64,000 nucleotides of DNA from an uncultured Dictyoglomota bacterium (lineage in GTDB: Bacteria > Dictyoglomota > Dictyoglomia > Dictyoglomales > Dictyoglomaceae): NCBI GenBank assembly GCA_964654465.1, contig CAZZIO010000022.1, positions 52,315-116,314 of the forward strand, given 5' to 3'. Made by a program: the position numbers and the translations under genes. This document shows positions 29,753-39,472 of this stretch, piece after piece; position 1 is the stretch's first letter, and each line of letters opens with the position of its first letter. Under the pieces are notes generated by a model that saw only the letters and a program-made list of their open reading frames with translations, did no database searches and was not told where the DNA came from.

Positions 29753-30616
29753 TCACTCCCTTATAACTCTAATTCTTTGTATTCTTGTTCGAGGATCTAA
29801 ATACTCACTTATACTCACAGAAAGTAGATATAAACTTACAAAAAGCAATACTGATGTTACGACAGGAGTTAACAACCACCACCACAAACCTAAAAGCATT
29901 GCTTGATAACTTATAGCCCACTGTAAAACTGTACCTAAGGTTGGAATTTCAAGATTAGTCAAACCTAAAATAGCAAGAGTTATCTCCATTCCAATAGCCC
30001 ATGACATATTGTTTATCAATGTTGAAAAAACAATTGGAATAACGAAGGGAAAATATTCTTTGAATACTAATTGAATAGTATTTGTGCCAGATAATAGAGC
30101 AGTATATGTAAAATCTCTTTCTCTTAAACTTAATATCTGGGATCTAATTACTCGAGCATCCCAACTCCATCCAAAAACACTCAAAATAAGACCTAAGCCT
30201 ACAAAGCTTAGCCTCCCTTTTATAAGAGATGAAATTAATATCAAAATTGGCAATAGTGGCAAAACCAAGAAGCTATCATTTATTCCCATTAAAAATCTAT
30301 CCAGCCTTCCTCCTCTATATCCAGCTACGAGCCCAACAATAATAGCTATTATTCTAGAGAAAAACGCAGCTATTATAGCTATAGTTAAAGAGTTCCTTAT
30401 GGCAAAGGTAAGTTGCCAAAATACATCTTGCCCTTGAGAATTAGTACCCAAAATATGTTGCAATGATGGAGGTAAATCTCTTGGAGCTACATTCCATCTT
30501 GTAGGATCATAGGGAGATACAAAAGAAAGCAAAGCTAAAAAGAGAATCAAACATATAATTATAAATCCTACCCTGAATTTTCCATCTCTCAATAAATCTT
30601 TAAAGATACCCACCAT
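29753..30616 (-). CDS. Opp-family ABC permease (OppC-like)
   Basis: HILGTNSQGQD, RSQILSLRERDF, multiple TM segments and LDPR. Confidence 0.9.
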   Translation of the reverse strand: MVGIFKDLLRDGKFRVGFIIICLILFLALLSFVSPYDPTRWNVAPRDLPPSLQHILGTNSQGQDVFWQLTFAIRNSLTIAIIAAFFSRIIAIIVGLVAGYRGGRLDRFLMGINDSFLVLPLLPILILISSLIKGRLSFVGLGLILSVFGWSWDARVIRSQILSLRERDFTYTALLSGTNTIQLVFKEYFPFVIPIVFSTLINNMSWAIGMEITLAILGLTNLEIPTLGTVLQWAISYQAMLLGLWWWLLTPVVTSVLLFVSLYLLSVSISEYLDPRTRIQRIRVIRE

Positions 30617-30644
30617 ATTATTACCTCATTCCCTTCAAAAATTT

Positions 30645-31646
30645 TTATCTATATCTAACACGAGGGTCAAATAATGGATACAATAGATCTATAAGCAAGA
30701 TAAAGGTTGAAATACCAAAAATAGATATAGTGGCAATTCCCATAATTAAGTTAAAATCTCCCGTAGCAATTGCGTTATATAGTAAAGTTCCCATTCCTGG
30801 ATAAGAAAACACAATTTCGGTAATAAGAGCCCCACTAAATATTTGCCCCATAGATAAAGCCAAATTAGTAACCTGAGGAAGCATAGCATTTCTAATCACA
30901 TATTTAAAAGCGATTATTCTTCTTTTTACTCCTCCAGCCCTTGCATAAGTTACAAAATCCTCTTTTACAATATTAGAAACTATAAGCCTCATAGTTTGTA
31001 ATGTTACTGCAATCCCTAATACCATCATTGAAATTAAAGGTAAGAAAGCATACCTAAACAATTCAAATATAAATTTAATACTAAAACTTGGTACAACACC
31101 AACAGGCATACCACCACCCAAAGGAAACCATTTAAGAAGGTACGAAAAAACGATGAGAATTATAAGAGCAAATATATAATAGGGAATTGGCCTTATAACC
31201 ATAGCTATACTTTCCATAACCCTTGCCCACCTTTTATCATAATAAAAACCTACAATTCCACCTAATATGTTTCCTATAAACCAAGATAAAAAAGTACTTA
31301 TCGTAAGAAGTCCCAAGGTCCATGGCAAAGAATCCCCTATAAGTTTTATAACTGGAATAGGAAATCTAAAAAGTGATGGCCCAAAATCTCCATTTAAAAG
31401 TCTTCCCCAAAAAGCAAAATATTGCTCAAATAAATTTCCTTTCAATCCATATAACTCTTTCAAGGTCTCTGTCATTTTTTCTACTGCCTTTGGATCAAGA
31501 TAGGTTCCCATTCTTGTAATTGTATTGATCATCTGTTGTACAGGATCCACGGGAGTAAGGCGGGGAACAAAAAAAACAATGGTTACACCAACAAAAATTA
31601 CTAACAGATATTGTATTAACCTTGGTATCAGATATCTTTTAAACAT
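30645..31646 (-). CDS. Opp-family ABC permease (OppB-like)
   Basis: YLIPRL..PRLTPVDP, GDFGPS, RNAMLPQ and DPRVRY. Confidence 0.9.
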   Translation of the reverse strand: MFKRYLIPRLIQYLLVIFVGVTIVFFVPRLTPVDPVQQMINTITRMGTYLDPKAVEKMTETLKELYGLKGNLFEQYFAFWGRLLNGDFGPSLFRFPIPVIKLIGDSLPWTLGLLTISTFLSWFIGNILGGIVGFYYDKRWARVMESIAMVIRPIPYYIFALIILIVFSYLLKWFPLGGGMPVGVVPSFSIKFIFELFRYAFLPLISMMVLGIAVTLQTMRLIVSNIVKEDFVTYARAGGVKRRIIAFKYVIRNAMLPQVTNLALSMGQIFSGALITEIVFSYPGMGTLLYNAIATGDFNLIMGIATISIFGISTFILLIDLLYPLFDPRVRYR

Positions 31647-31668
31647 TCCATACCTCCTTCCATTTTTT

Positions 31669-31689
31669 AGCCCCCCTTTCGGGGGGCTT
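31669..31689 (-). terminator. Hairpin between SBP and permease genes (attenuator/mRNA stabiliser)
   Basis: AGCCCCCC-tttc-GGGGGGCT. Confidence 0.65.
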
Positions 31690-31694
31690 ATTTT

Positions 31695-33575
31695 TCATTT
31701 TCTTCCTGTTGGCTTCAAGAATGGTAACATGTACTTGAAATTGGGCCAATGATGATATGGTATACAATATGGATTTTCTACTGTTGGATAATTGGTCCAG
31801 TAATATTCATCATAGCTTGCTATACCTGGATAAGCACAAGTTGGAATTCCAGCCATTTCTTCAAATGCAATTTTTAATCCTTGCAATCCCAAAGTTTTAA
31901 CTTTTACACTGTTCCAATCAGTATTTGCCAACTCTTCTATCACTTTATCCATCCTTGGATCAGACCATCTACTAGCATGACCAAATGTACGTTCACCTAT
32001 TGGTCTTACATATTCGGATCTCCATGCATTAAAACTTCTATACATATCAGGATGTCCACCCCATGGTTCTGTAGCTGGCCAATCAGAAGAAGCCTCAAAA
32101 TCTCCTACTTGTAGCATCGTGGCTCTTTGCTCTGTTGTCACTACCTCTACATCTATTCCAAATTTTTTCCATTGCTGGGATGCTGCAAAACTATTTCTAA
32201 AATCAGGATGGGCAGGATTAGTGTGAGCTAGAATTGTTATTTTCCACGGTTTACCATCTGGTGTTAGCCATTTTCCATCTTTATCTCTCTTAAATCCATT
32301 CTTTATCAATAATTTTTCAGCTATATCAGGTGCATACTTGAACCATCCATAACCAAATATTGCCCTAATTTCTTTCGGATCATTTGGAACTGTATATCCT
32401 CTTCTCTTAGCATATTCAGCCAGTCTCATAGGTGCATCTGGATCATAAATTTTAACTTTTTGACCATCCACCGTAATAGTAAAGTTTTTCATCCAATTTT
32501 CCAAAGGTTCATAATACCATTTCAAATATGCAGGTGTAGGAGGTACAAGAAGTGCTCCCATAGTAGCTGCACCATCAAAAGCAGTTGCTAAGTATTCAAC
32601 TATATCAATTGATAAAGCTAATGCCCATCTAACTTCCTTATTATTATATGGAGCTTTTGAAGTATTAAAATATATTCCTGTAATACATGGGTCTACATTA
32701 ACGATGTATGGGAAGTTCTTCATATATGCCCTTGCATATTTATTTGTAGATAATACTGATCTCAACCCTTCCATAGTTAGATCTGCCATGTCTAATTGAT
32801 GGTTGTTTTGGGCAAGGACTTGTTTCTCAGTTGGTCCATAGTAGTAGAAGAGTACATATTTAGGTTGTGGCATTCCAAAGAGTTTTCCTGTTGGTGTTCT
32901 TTGCCAATCTTCTCTCCTCTGCCAGAGTACCCAGTATCCACCTGGATCATAGCTATGTAATACATATGGCCCTGAGCTTATTGGTGGTTTGAAATCAAAA
33001 GATACTGGATCTTTTACTTTTTCAAAAACATGTTTTGGTAATGGCCTACAAGCTCCCCATCTATCTAAGAAATAAGTATGAAATCTTGCATTAGGCTCTT
33101 TCAGGTCAATCCTAACAGTGTATTTATCAATCTTAGTTAATTTAACAACTTCCTGGAAAGAAGCATAATAACTCATTCCTGAATTACTTTTAGCAAGCTC
33201 TATTGTATAGATTAGATCATCCGCAGTAATTTCGACACCATCACTCCAATAACAAGCAGGTCTTAGTTTTACAGTTAGGGTTTTGAAATCCTTACTATAC
33301 AGAGGAGAAGCGGCAGCTAATGCGTTAATTGCTTTGCCTGTGGCAGGATCTACAATCCATAGCGGTTCTAACATAAGCTGCTGAATACCTCTATCTGGAG
33401 TACGCCAAGTGGCAGCCCAAACATTAAAATTATCCGGAGTAACCACTCTACCTGTAAGAATATTAGCAATCAAAGTTTCATTTCTTGGTACATTTGGTCC
33501 TAACTGTGAAAAGGCTGTTTGAGATAATGTGATTACCATTAATAATACTAAACTCATGAAAACTAATTTCTTCAT
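31695..33575 (-). CDS. ABC substrate-binding protein, family 5 (resembles Thermotoga xylo-/beta-gluco-oligosaccharide binding proteins)
   Basis: Signal peptide, PRNETLI..LTGRV..NFN.W, YWSDG, SSGPY and YWTNYPT.ENPY. Confidence 0.88.
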   Translation of the reverse strand: MKKLVFMSLVLLMVITLSQTAFSQLGPNVPRNETLIANILTGRVVTPDNFNVWAATWRTPDRGIQQLMLEPLWIVDPATGKAINALAAASPLYSKDFKTLTVKLRPACYWSDGVEITADDLIYTIELAKSNSGMSYYASFQEVVKLTKIDKYTVRIDLKEPNARFHTYFLDRWGACRPLPKHVFEKVKDPVSFDFKPPISSGPYVLHSYDPGGYWVLWQRREDWQRTPTGKLFGMPQPKYVLFYYYGPTEKQVLAQNNHQLDMADLTMEGLRSVLSTNKYARAYMKNFPYIVNVDPCITGIYFNTSKAPYNNKEVRWALALSIDIVEYLATAFDGAATMGALLVPPTPAYLKWYYEPLENWMKNFTITVDGQKVKIYDPDAPMRLAEYAKRRGYTVPNDPKEIRAIFGYGWFKYAPDIAEKLLIKNGFKRDKDGKWLTPDGKPWKITILAHTNPAHPDFRNSFAASQQWKKFGIDVEVVTTEQRATMLQVGDFEASSDWPATEPWGGHPDMYRSFNAWRSEYVRPIGERTFGHASRWSDPRMDKVIEELANTDWNSVKVKTLGLQGLKIAFEEMAGIPTCAYPGIASYDEYYWTNYPTVENPYCIPYHHWPNFKYMLPFLKPTGRK

Positions 33576-33665
33576 AAAATCACCTACCCCAAAAACTTTA
33601 TTCTATAAAGGATAAAAACAAAATAAAACTTTTTCACCTCCTTTTATTTATAGGAAACCATTAAA

Positions 33666-33711
33666 GCAATCGTTTTGTTTTATATTATAAACCTCATCAT
33701 AGTTTTGTCAA
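33666..33711 (-). promoter_or_regulatory. Promoter TTGACA-16-TATAAT with operator GCAATCGTTTT near +1
   Basis: tgtcaa at 33706-33711, attata at 33684-33689 and the motif at 33666-33676. Confidence 0.75.
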
Positions 33712-33827
33712 TAAACATTTAAGAAGGACATATTAAAAACAACAAAGTTACATTATTGACCTTTAGAAAATTGAGATCTATAATTATATAAAATTTTGGT
33801 TATTTTGGATTTTTTGGAGGTGAGAGG

Positions 33828-35216
33828 ATGAATACAGGATTAAAAATTAAAATGTACATAGGTGACATACTCTTTGAAAACCTATTTAAATATGTTTCAA
33901 AGAATCATGAAAAAAGAATCCCTAAACTTATAAATTTGGCAAGAAAATTTAGCCCTGATAAAGGTACCGACAAAATACTTGATACTGTAGAGGAATATTT
34001 ATGTAATGAACCTGCAGTGAAGCGCTTAATTCACAGGGCATTTACCGATTACGATCCTAATTATGCAAGTAGAATTTTCACAAATGTAATACTAAACGTA
34101 GGGTTTTTCTGGGTATATTTTGACAAAAATAACCAAAAAAAGAACATACCTACCCCCTATACTATCCTTATCAGTCCTACTATGAGATGTAATCTCAGAT
34201 GTATAGGATGCTATGCAGGAAATTACAGAAAAGAAGATGATCTTCCTCCCGAGGTTCTTGAAAGAATAATAAAAGAGGGAGAAGATATTGGTACATATTT
34301 TTATACCATATTAGGAGGAGAGCCTTTTGTTTATCCAGAATTATTGGATATTGTTAATAGACATAAAAGATCTGTATTTCAAATTTTTACAAATGCAACT
34401 CTTTTAGATGAAGATAAAATAGAAAGATTTTGGAAAAGTAAAAATGTAGTTCCAGTTCTCTCAATTGAAGGTGGTCAAGAAGAAACAGATAAAAGAAGAG
34501 GTAATGGTGTATATGAAAAAGTTATAAAGGCTATGGATCTTTTAAAAGAAGCAGGTATTCCTTTTGGTTATTCTATAACTCTTACAAGATACAACTATGA
34601 TGCAGTAACTAAACCAGAATTTTATCAATGGTTAGCTGATAAAGGTGCTTTCTTTGGTTGGACTTTCCTCTATATGCCTGTTGGAAAGGATGACGATCCG
34701 TCATTAATGCCTACTCCTGAACAAAGGGCAGAATATGGAAAGTTTATAAGAAAAATTAGAGGTCATTTACCCATATTCCCAATGGACTTTTGGAATGATG
34801 CACCCTATGTGGGTGGCTGTATAGCAGGTGGCAGAAAATATCTCCATATAAACAATAAAGGAGAAGTAGAACCTTGCATATTTACCCATTTTGCAGTAGA
34901 CAATATTAAGGAAAAATCTCTTATAGAAGTATTAAATTCAGATTTCTTCAAAGAAATAAGAAAAAGACAACCATTCCATGAAAATCTTTTGCTACCTTGT
35001 ATGATTATTGATTCTCCTTGGATTCTTAGGGAAATTGTTGCTAAAACAGGAGCACATCCTACTCATGAGGGTGCAGATGATGTGATAACTAAATTCTCCA
35101 ATATCCTGGATGAATATGCCAAGAATTTGAGAAGAGTACTTAATCCTATATGGAAAGAGGAATTCTATGGAAATATACAAGAAGAAAATACTGAAGAAAA
35201 GATAGGAGTGAAATAA
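33828..35216 (+). CDS. Radical SAM/SPASM protein with an N-terminal extension
   Basis: TILISPTMRCNLRCIGCYA, LGGEP, DFWND..GGCIAGGR, VEPCIF and PCMIID. Confidence 0.88.
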   Translation: MNTGLKIKMYIGDILFENLFKYVSKNHEKRIPKLINLARKFSPDKGTDKILDTVEEYLCNEPAVKRLIHRAFTDYDPNYASRIFTNVILNVGFFWVYFDKNNQKKNIPTPYTILISPTMRCNLRCIGCYAGNYRKEDDLPPEVLERIIKEGEDIGTYFYTILGGEPFVYPELLDIVNRHKRSVFQIFTNATLLDEDKIERFWKSKNVVPVLSIEGGQEETDKRRGNGVYEKVIKAMDLLKEAGIPFGYSITLTRYNYDAVTKPEFYQWLADKGAFFGWTFLYMPVGKDDDPSLMPTPEQRAEYGKFIRKIRGHLPIFPMDFWNDAPYVGGCIAGGRKYLHINNKGEVEPCIFTHFAVDNIKEKSLIEVLNSDFFKEIRKRQPFHENLLLPCMIIDSPWILREIVAKTGAHPTHEGADDVITKFSNILDEYAKNLRRVLNPIWKEEFYGNIQEENTEEKIGVK

Positions 35217-35219
35217 AAG

Positions 35220-35807
35220 GTGAGCCTTACAAAAAGGAGAATACAATTTTTAGAGACATTAAGAAGTTTATATAAAACATACAATAGGCCAATTCACTAT
35301 GAAGAAGTAGCTCAGAGACTATCAGTAAGTCCAGCTACAGCGTACGATATTCTCCAAACTTTATCTAAAGATGGTTATATAGATATGGTATATCTAAAAG
35401 ATTTCCAAAATAGTAAAAAGGGTAGAGGCAAAGTATTCTTTCTACCAAAAGAGATAAAAGATGGGATTCAACAAAACATAAATAAAGAGAATAATAATTT
35501 AGAAAAGTATTCTAAACCATTGCTTATAGTAATATCCTTTATAACGTTACTACTTAGTGAAATAAAGCTTTCTAAGGAATTAAAATCTTTCTTAGCTTTT
35601 CTATTATCAAATTATCAATCTAATTGGGAATTGATTCTCCTTGTAATACCTTTCTTACTAATGAGTTATACAAAGAATCTATATAAATTAATTCCAGAAA
35701 GTAGTGTTAAAAAAAGTATTGATGATTATATAACATCCATAAATCAGTTGGCTTCAGAAGAAAAGAAATTATTAGTAAATTTTATCTTCGGTCTTCTTCA
35801 AGATTGA
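35220..35807 (+). CDS. Winged-helix DNA-binding domain protein with a hydrophobic C-terminal region
   Basis: PIHYEEVAQRLSVSPATAYDILQTL..GY HTH. GTG start 3 nt after the radical SAM stop. Confidence 0.65.
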   Translation: MSLTKRRIQFLETLRSLYKTYNRPIHYEEVAQRLSVSPATAYDILQTLSKDGYIDMVYLKDFQNSKKGRGKVFFLPKEIKDGIQQNINKENNNLEKYSKPLLIVISFITLLLSEIKLSKELKSFLAFLLSNYQSNWELILLVIPFLLMSYTKNLYKLIPESSVKKSIDDYITSINQLASEEKKLLVNFIFGLLQD

Positions 35808-36938
35808 TCTCCTACGTAGGGAGGAATGGGAAATATCTTTATATTTTACATTACGAAATATTTTCCTCCATTCCTCCCTAAAAGGTTCTAAGGTAATGTA
35901 ATCTCTACGCATTCTTGGAGGATTTTTTAAAACTTCTCTGTAAACATCCATCATCATTTGGGCTACATTATCTGTACTATATTCATGAGCAAGCATTAAA
36001 GCTTTCTTCTTATATTCTTCTCTAAAGCTATTATCTTCAAATAATTTTACAATATAATTTCTAAACTCTTCATCATTTTTGGCTGGAATATACTTATCTT
36101 TATACGGTTCTTTATATTCCACATTGTCCCTAAGAAGTAAGGGTAAACCACAAGATGCAGCTTCCAAGACAGCCATTGGAAAATTCTCTTGAAAAGATGG
36201 GAAAAAGAATATATCAGCTGCATTCAAATACAAAGGCATATCTTCATAGGGTACAAGTCCAGTAAAGATAACATTAGAAGGAGCAGTCTTTATCTTTTCA
36301 TTCATCTCCATGTAACCAGCTGTTAAAACTGAGAAGGGCTGTCCTCCTACCCATACAAATTTTATATATGGCAAACTTTTGGCCACCTCAATAAAAGTAT
36401 CTACACCTTTTCGAGGTTGTAACTGACCAGAACAAATAGCCATAAAATCTTTGTTATTAATACCTAATCTTTTTCTACCCTCTTCTCTTAATTTTAAATC
36501 TGGATAAAATCTTTCTAAATTTACAGGATTTGGTACAAAAACAATAGGAGCCTTTACTCCTATCTCCTCTAAATCCCTTTTTACTCTTGGAGCTACTGCT
36601 ACAACCACATCAGCTAAATTATAGTAATTTTTAAGGTAGAGGGTAAAAAAGGGAAGCCAAACATTAGCTAAAACTAAACTTCCTAAAACTGATTCAGGAA
36701 CTACATGAGCTGATATTACAAGCCTTTTACCAGTAAGAAGTCCCTTACTTACTGCATATGGGCCCGGAGTATGTAAATGAGCTATATCATATAATCCACT
36801 TCCATTTAAATATACTTCCACATCATTTCTTTTTTTCAAAGCTTCCATAAGAACAAGAGTAGCTGTATAAACCCCTTGACCTTCTACCTTCCAAGCTTGA
36901 GCTTCTGAAACTATATTAACTTTAATTTTTTCCTTCAT
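35772..36938 (-). CDS. Glycosyltransferase family 4 (CpoA-like, possible glycolipid synthase)
   Basis: VEGQGV, GQLQPRKG, FVWVGG and FPSFQENFPMAVLEA. Confidence 0.85.
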   Translation of the reverse strand: MKEKIKVNIVSEAQAWKVEGQGVYTATLVLMEALKKRNDVEVYLNGSGLYDIAHLHTPGPYAVSKGLLTGKRLVISAHVVPESVLGSLVLANVWLPFFTLYLKNYYNLADVVVAVAPRVKRDLEEIGVKAPIVFVPNPVNLERFYPDLKLREEGRKRLGINNKDFMAICSGQLQPRKGVDTFIEVAKSLPYIKFVWVGGQPFSVLTAGYMEMNEKIKTAPSNVIFTGLVPYEDMPLYLNAADIFFFPSFQENFPMAVLEAASCGLPLLLRDNVEYKEPYKDKYIPAKNDEEFRNYIVKLFEDNSFREEYKKKALMLAHEYSTDNVAQMMMDVYREVLKNPPRMRRDYITLEPFREEWRKIFRNVKYKDISHSSLRRRSILKKTEDKIY

Positions 36939-37896
36939 TACCATTCACCCTCGAAACTCTAATAAAACCTGCACAATTTAAAATCTCAATACCATTTCTC
37001 TCTAAGTAATCCATAAGAATATTCATACCTAATGAATCAGAAGCCATATGCCCTGCAATAACCACATTTATATGATATTTTTCAGCCTCTTTCCTATGTT
37101 CATCACTCATATGCATCCCTACTATCGTTCCTACTCCTACCTCTGATAGTTTAGAAATTATATCTACAGGACCTTCCGTTCCTCCAGTCATATCCACAAA
37201 AATCTTTCCTGCTCTATTTTTAGGATTACCAACAAGGATTTTAGGAGGATTATTTCTTCTTCCTGCCTCTCGATATTCTGGTATTTCCTCAAGTATATCT
37301 AAAACTTCTTGTAAATCATACGGAGTTCTCAAATCAAATATTTTCTGAAGATAAGTAGCTACACAATTATCTGCAGGAGTATGACAACACATGAAAGGGA
37401 TATTTAGCAATCTTGCTGCATCTACACTTTTATTATGGTTAGCTGGCATAACTTTTCTTTCTACTTCTAATATTCTGGGATACATGACACCTTCTGCATA
37501 GTTAATAGGTACTCCAATTTTAGAGAGTAAATCCTCTTGTAAATGCATAACCTCATAAAAATTTGCATAAGCTGGACCAGCAGGATGATGAGAAATCACT
37601 AAATCTATCTTAATACCATTTCTTTCAAGCTCTTTTGCTAAAAGAATTTCTGAAGTATCAATATCAATTCCTACAAGGACTCTCTTTACTTCCCTTTCAA
37701 TATTCCCATTTAAGATTCTTGTATCTGCATAAGGGTTAAATAACTTTTCTTTGTCAAATTTATTTTTACTTTTTTCATCCATTTTCTCATAGTCTTTTTT
37801 TGCTCTCTCTAAAATCTCTTGAACCTTATCCCATCCTCTCGGATCATTCTCCATACCAAGTTTAACAAAAAGCTCGTATATTTCTTTTAGTTTCAT
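36922..37896 (-). CDS. NIF3 (NGG1p-interacting factor 3)-like protein
   Basis: NPYADTRI, VGIDID, ISHHP, CHTPADN and AGHMASDSLG. Confidence 0.85.
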   Translation of the reverse strand: MKLKEIYELFVKLGMENDPRGWDKVQEILERAKKDYEKMDEKSKNKFDKEKLFNPYADTRILNGNIEREVKRVLVGIDIDTSEILLAKELERNGIKIDLVISHHPAGPAYANFYEVMHLQEDLLSKIGVPINYAEGVMYPRILEVERKVMPANHNKSVDAARLLNIPFMCCHTPADNCVATYLQKIFDLRTPYDLQEVLDILEEIPEYREAGRRNNPPKILVGNPKNRAGKIFVDMTGGTEGPVDIISKLSEVGVGTIVGMHMSDEHRKEAEKYHINVVIAGHMASDSLGMNILMDYLERNGIEILNCAGFIRVSRVNGNEGKN

Positions 37897-37973
37897 ATCT
37901 CTAAAATCCTCCTAATTTTCCTTATTTATTCACCCAATTTACTTATATTATAACAATAAAAATCTTTTTAAAC

Positions 37974-38023
37974 AAAAAAGGGACTATCCTTATTCATAAA
38001 TTAAAAATAAAGGATAGTCCCTT
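37974..38023 (-). terminator. Terminator of the arabinan ABC-GH43 operon
   Basis: 14-bp perfect inverted repeat AAGGGACTATCCTT/AAGGATAGTCCCTT with an A-run on the + strand (U tail on the minus strand). Confidence 0.8.
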
Positions 38024-38043
38024 AGATAGTTTATTTCAAAAAG

Positions 38044-39471
38044 CTATTTAATCTTTTTTCCCCAAATTGCTATACCTTTTCCACTTAAACCAGTAAAAAC
38101 AAGAGTAGGTTTCCAATTTTCAAAATCCCATGCTGGTAAAATTTTTACAGTCTCTGATTCATATTTTTGTTGTCTTTCATCTACTACCCATTTAATTTTT
38201 AAAGTATTAGGAGACAAAAATTCCCAAATTCCTCTTTTATTATCACCTTCTACATATCCATTATTTAAAAGATTTATCTCTTGTGATTCTGCTTGTATTT
38301 TTACATAAGGATCCAATACAATTCTCTCCCAGACACCTATTATTAAACTTTGAGGAATTTCTTGAATTTTCTCTCCTGCATACCTTTCAGGTAATACTAC
38401 CGGCCATCCATCATCTGTCCATATAATTCTCCTAATATGCAAATACATCCAATTCTTATTTAAAGCCGGCCTGGCATGATGTACTATATACCAGTCATCA
38501 CCATCCACAAGTACTGAATTATGACCTGGTGCTATCCAACCATCATCATTCTTAAATTTATAACCACCAAGTATCTTAGTACCCACCTCATTAGGAGGAA
38601 GTGTTAAATCGGTCATAACATTACCATTATAATCCACATAAGGTCCTGTAATTCTATCAGATCTTGCAACCCTCACATTATAATCTAAAGATAAAGAATC
38701 GTAAGACACAAATAGATAATATTTCTTGAATTTAGGATTATAAATTATATAAGAACCTTCAATTGCACCAGAAACTGTTCCTTTTCTCCTTGCTATATTT
38801 ACACCAAAGCCCTTTTCTGCTGGTTTTCCATTTCTTTTATCAATTTTAATCAAATATATACCTGTCCAAAAAGATCCATAAGAAAGCCATGTATCTCCAT
38901 TTTCATCAAAAATTAGACATGGGTCAATAGCATTAACAGGATCACCTTGCTTAGATTTTATAACTAAGCCTTCATCCTTCCATGGTCCTTCTGGATTAGG
39001 AGATGTTGCTAATCCAATATATGATTGATTCTTTCCAAAAGTAGATGCAGAATAATAAAGATAGTACTTATTATTAAAGAATTTTACATCAGGAGCCCAT
39101 AAAGTAGAAGCTCTGCTCCATTCAAAGGCTTCTTGAGGAATACCTTTAAAAACATATTTATCATTGTCAAAAACATATCCTACAAACTGCCAATTTATAA
39201 GATCTTTTGATTTTCTTATCTGAATTCCAGGTCTTGGAATTCCATAAGCTTTTACATCAGTAGAGTAAATATAGTACCAACCATTATGAGCCTTAATTAT
39301 GGAAGGGTCATGAACATTATTAATAGACCATTTCTTTTCATCATTTACAATAGAAGCATCAAATAACTCTATTTTTGGTGGTTCAGGAGGATATAAAATA
39401 CTCTGAGTATAAACATTTTTACAGGATATAATTAATAACAAAATAGCTATCAATATTATCTTCTTTATCAT
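38044..39471 (-). CDS. GH43 endo-1,5-alpha-L-arabinanase-like, exported (possible lipoprotein)
   Basis: VHDPS, LWAPD, NAIDP, YGSFW.GI, IEGS and APGHNS. N-terminal signal ending IIS-C, plus a C-terminal beta domain. Confidence 0.88.
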   Translation of the reverse strand: MIKKIILIAILLLIISCKNVYTQSILYPPEPPKIELFDASIVNDEKKWSINNVHDPSIIKAHNGWYYIYSTDVKAYGIPRPGIQIRKSKDLINWQFVGYVFDNDKYVFKGIPQEAFEWSRASTLWAPDVKFFNNKYYLYYSASTFGKNQSYIGLATSPNPEGPWKDEGLVIKSKQGDPVNAIDPCLIFDENGDTWLSYGSFWTGIYLIKIDKRNGKPAEKGFGVNIARRKGTVSGAIEGSYIIYNPKFKKYYLFVSYDSLSLDYNVRVARSDRITGPYVDYNGNVMTDLTLPPNEVGTKILGGYKFKNDDGWIAPGHNSVLVDGDDWYIVHHARPALNKNWMYLHIRRIIWTDDGWPVVLPERYAGEKIQEIPQSLIIGVWERIVLDPYVKIQAESQEINLLNNGYVEGDNKRGIWEFLSPNTLKIKWVVDERQQKYESETVKILPAWDFENWKPTLVFTGLSGKGIAIWGKKIK

Positions 39472-39472
39472 A

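Noticed and set aside
27297-31752. Several 75-117 aa plus-strand ORFs (27297, 28481, 28542, 30084, 31267, 31525)
   Set aside because: They lie antisense to well-supported macrodomain and ABC genes and have no SD or recognisable motifs.
37978-38023. 14-bp inverted repeat as MITE/IS ends
   Set aside because: It is a single copy with an 18-nt loop, sits at an operon end and has a U tail, so a terminator explains it.
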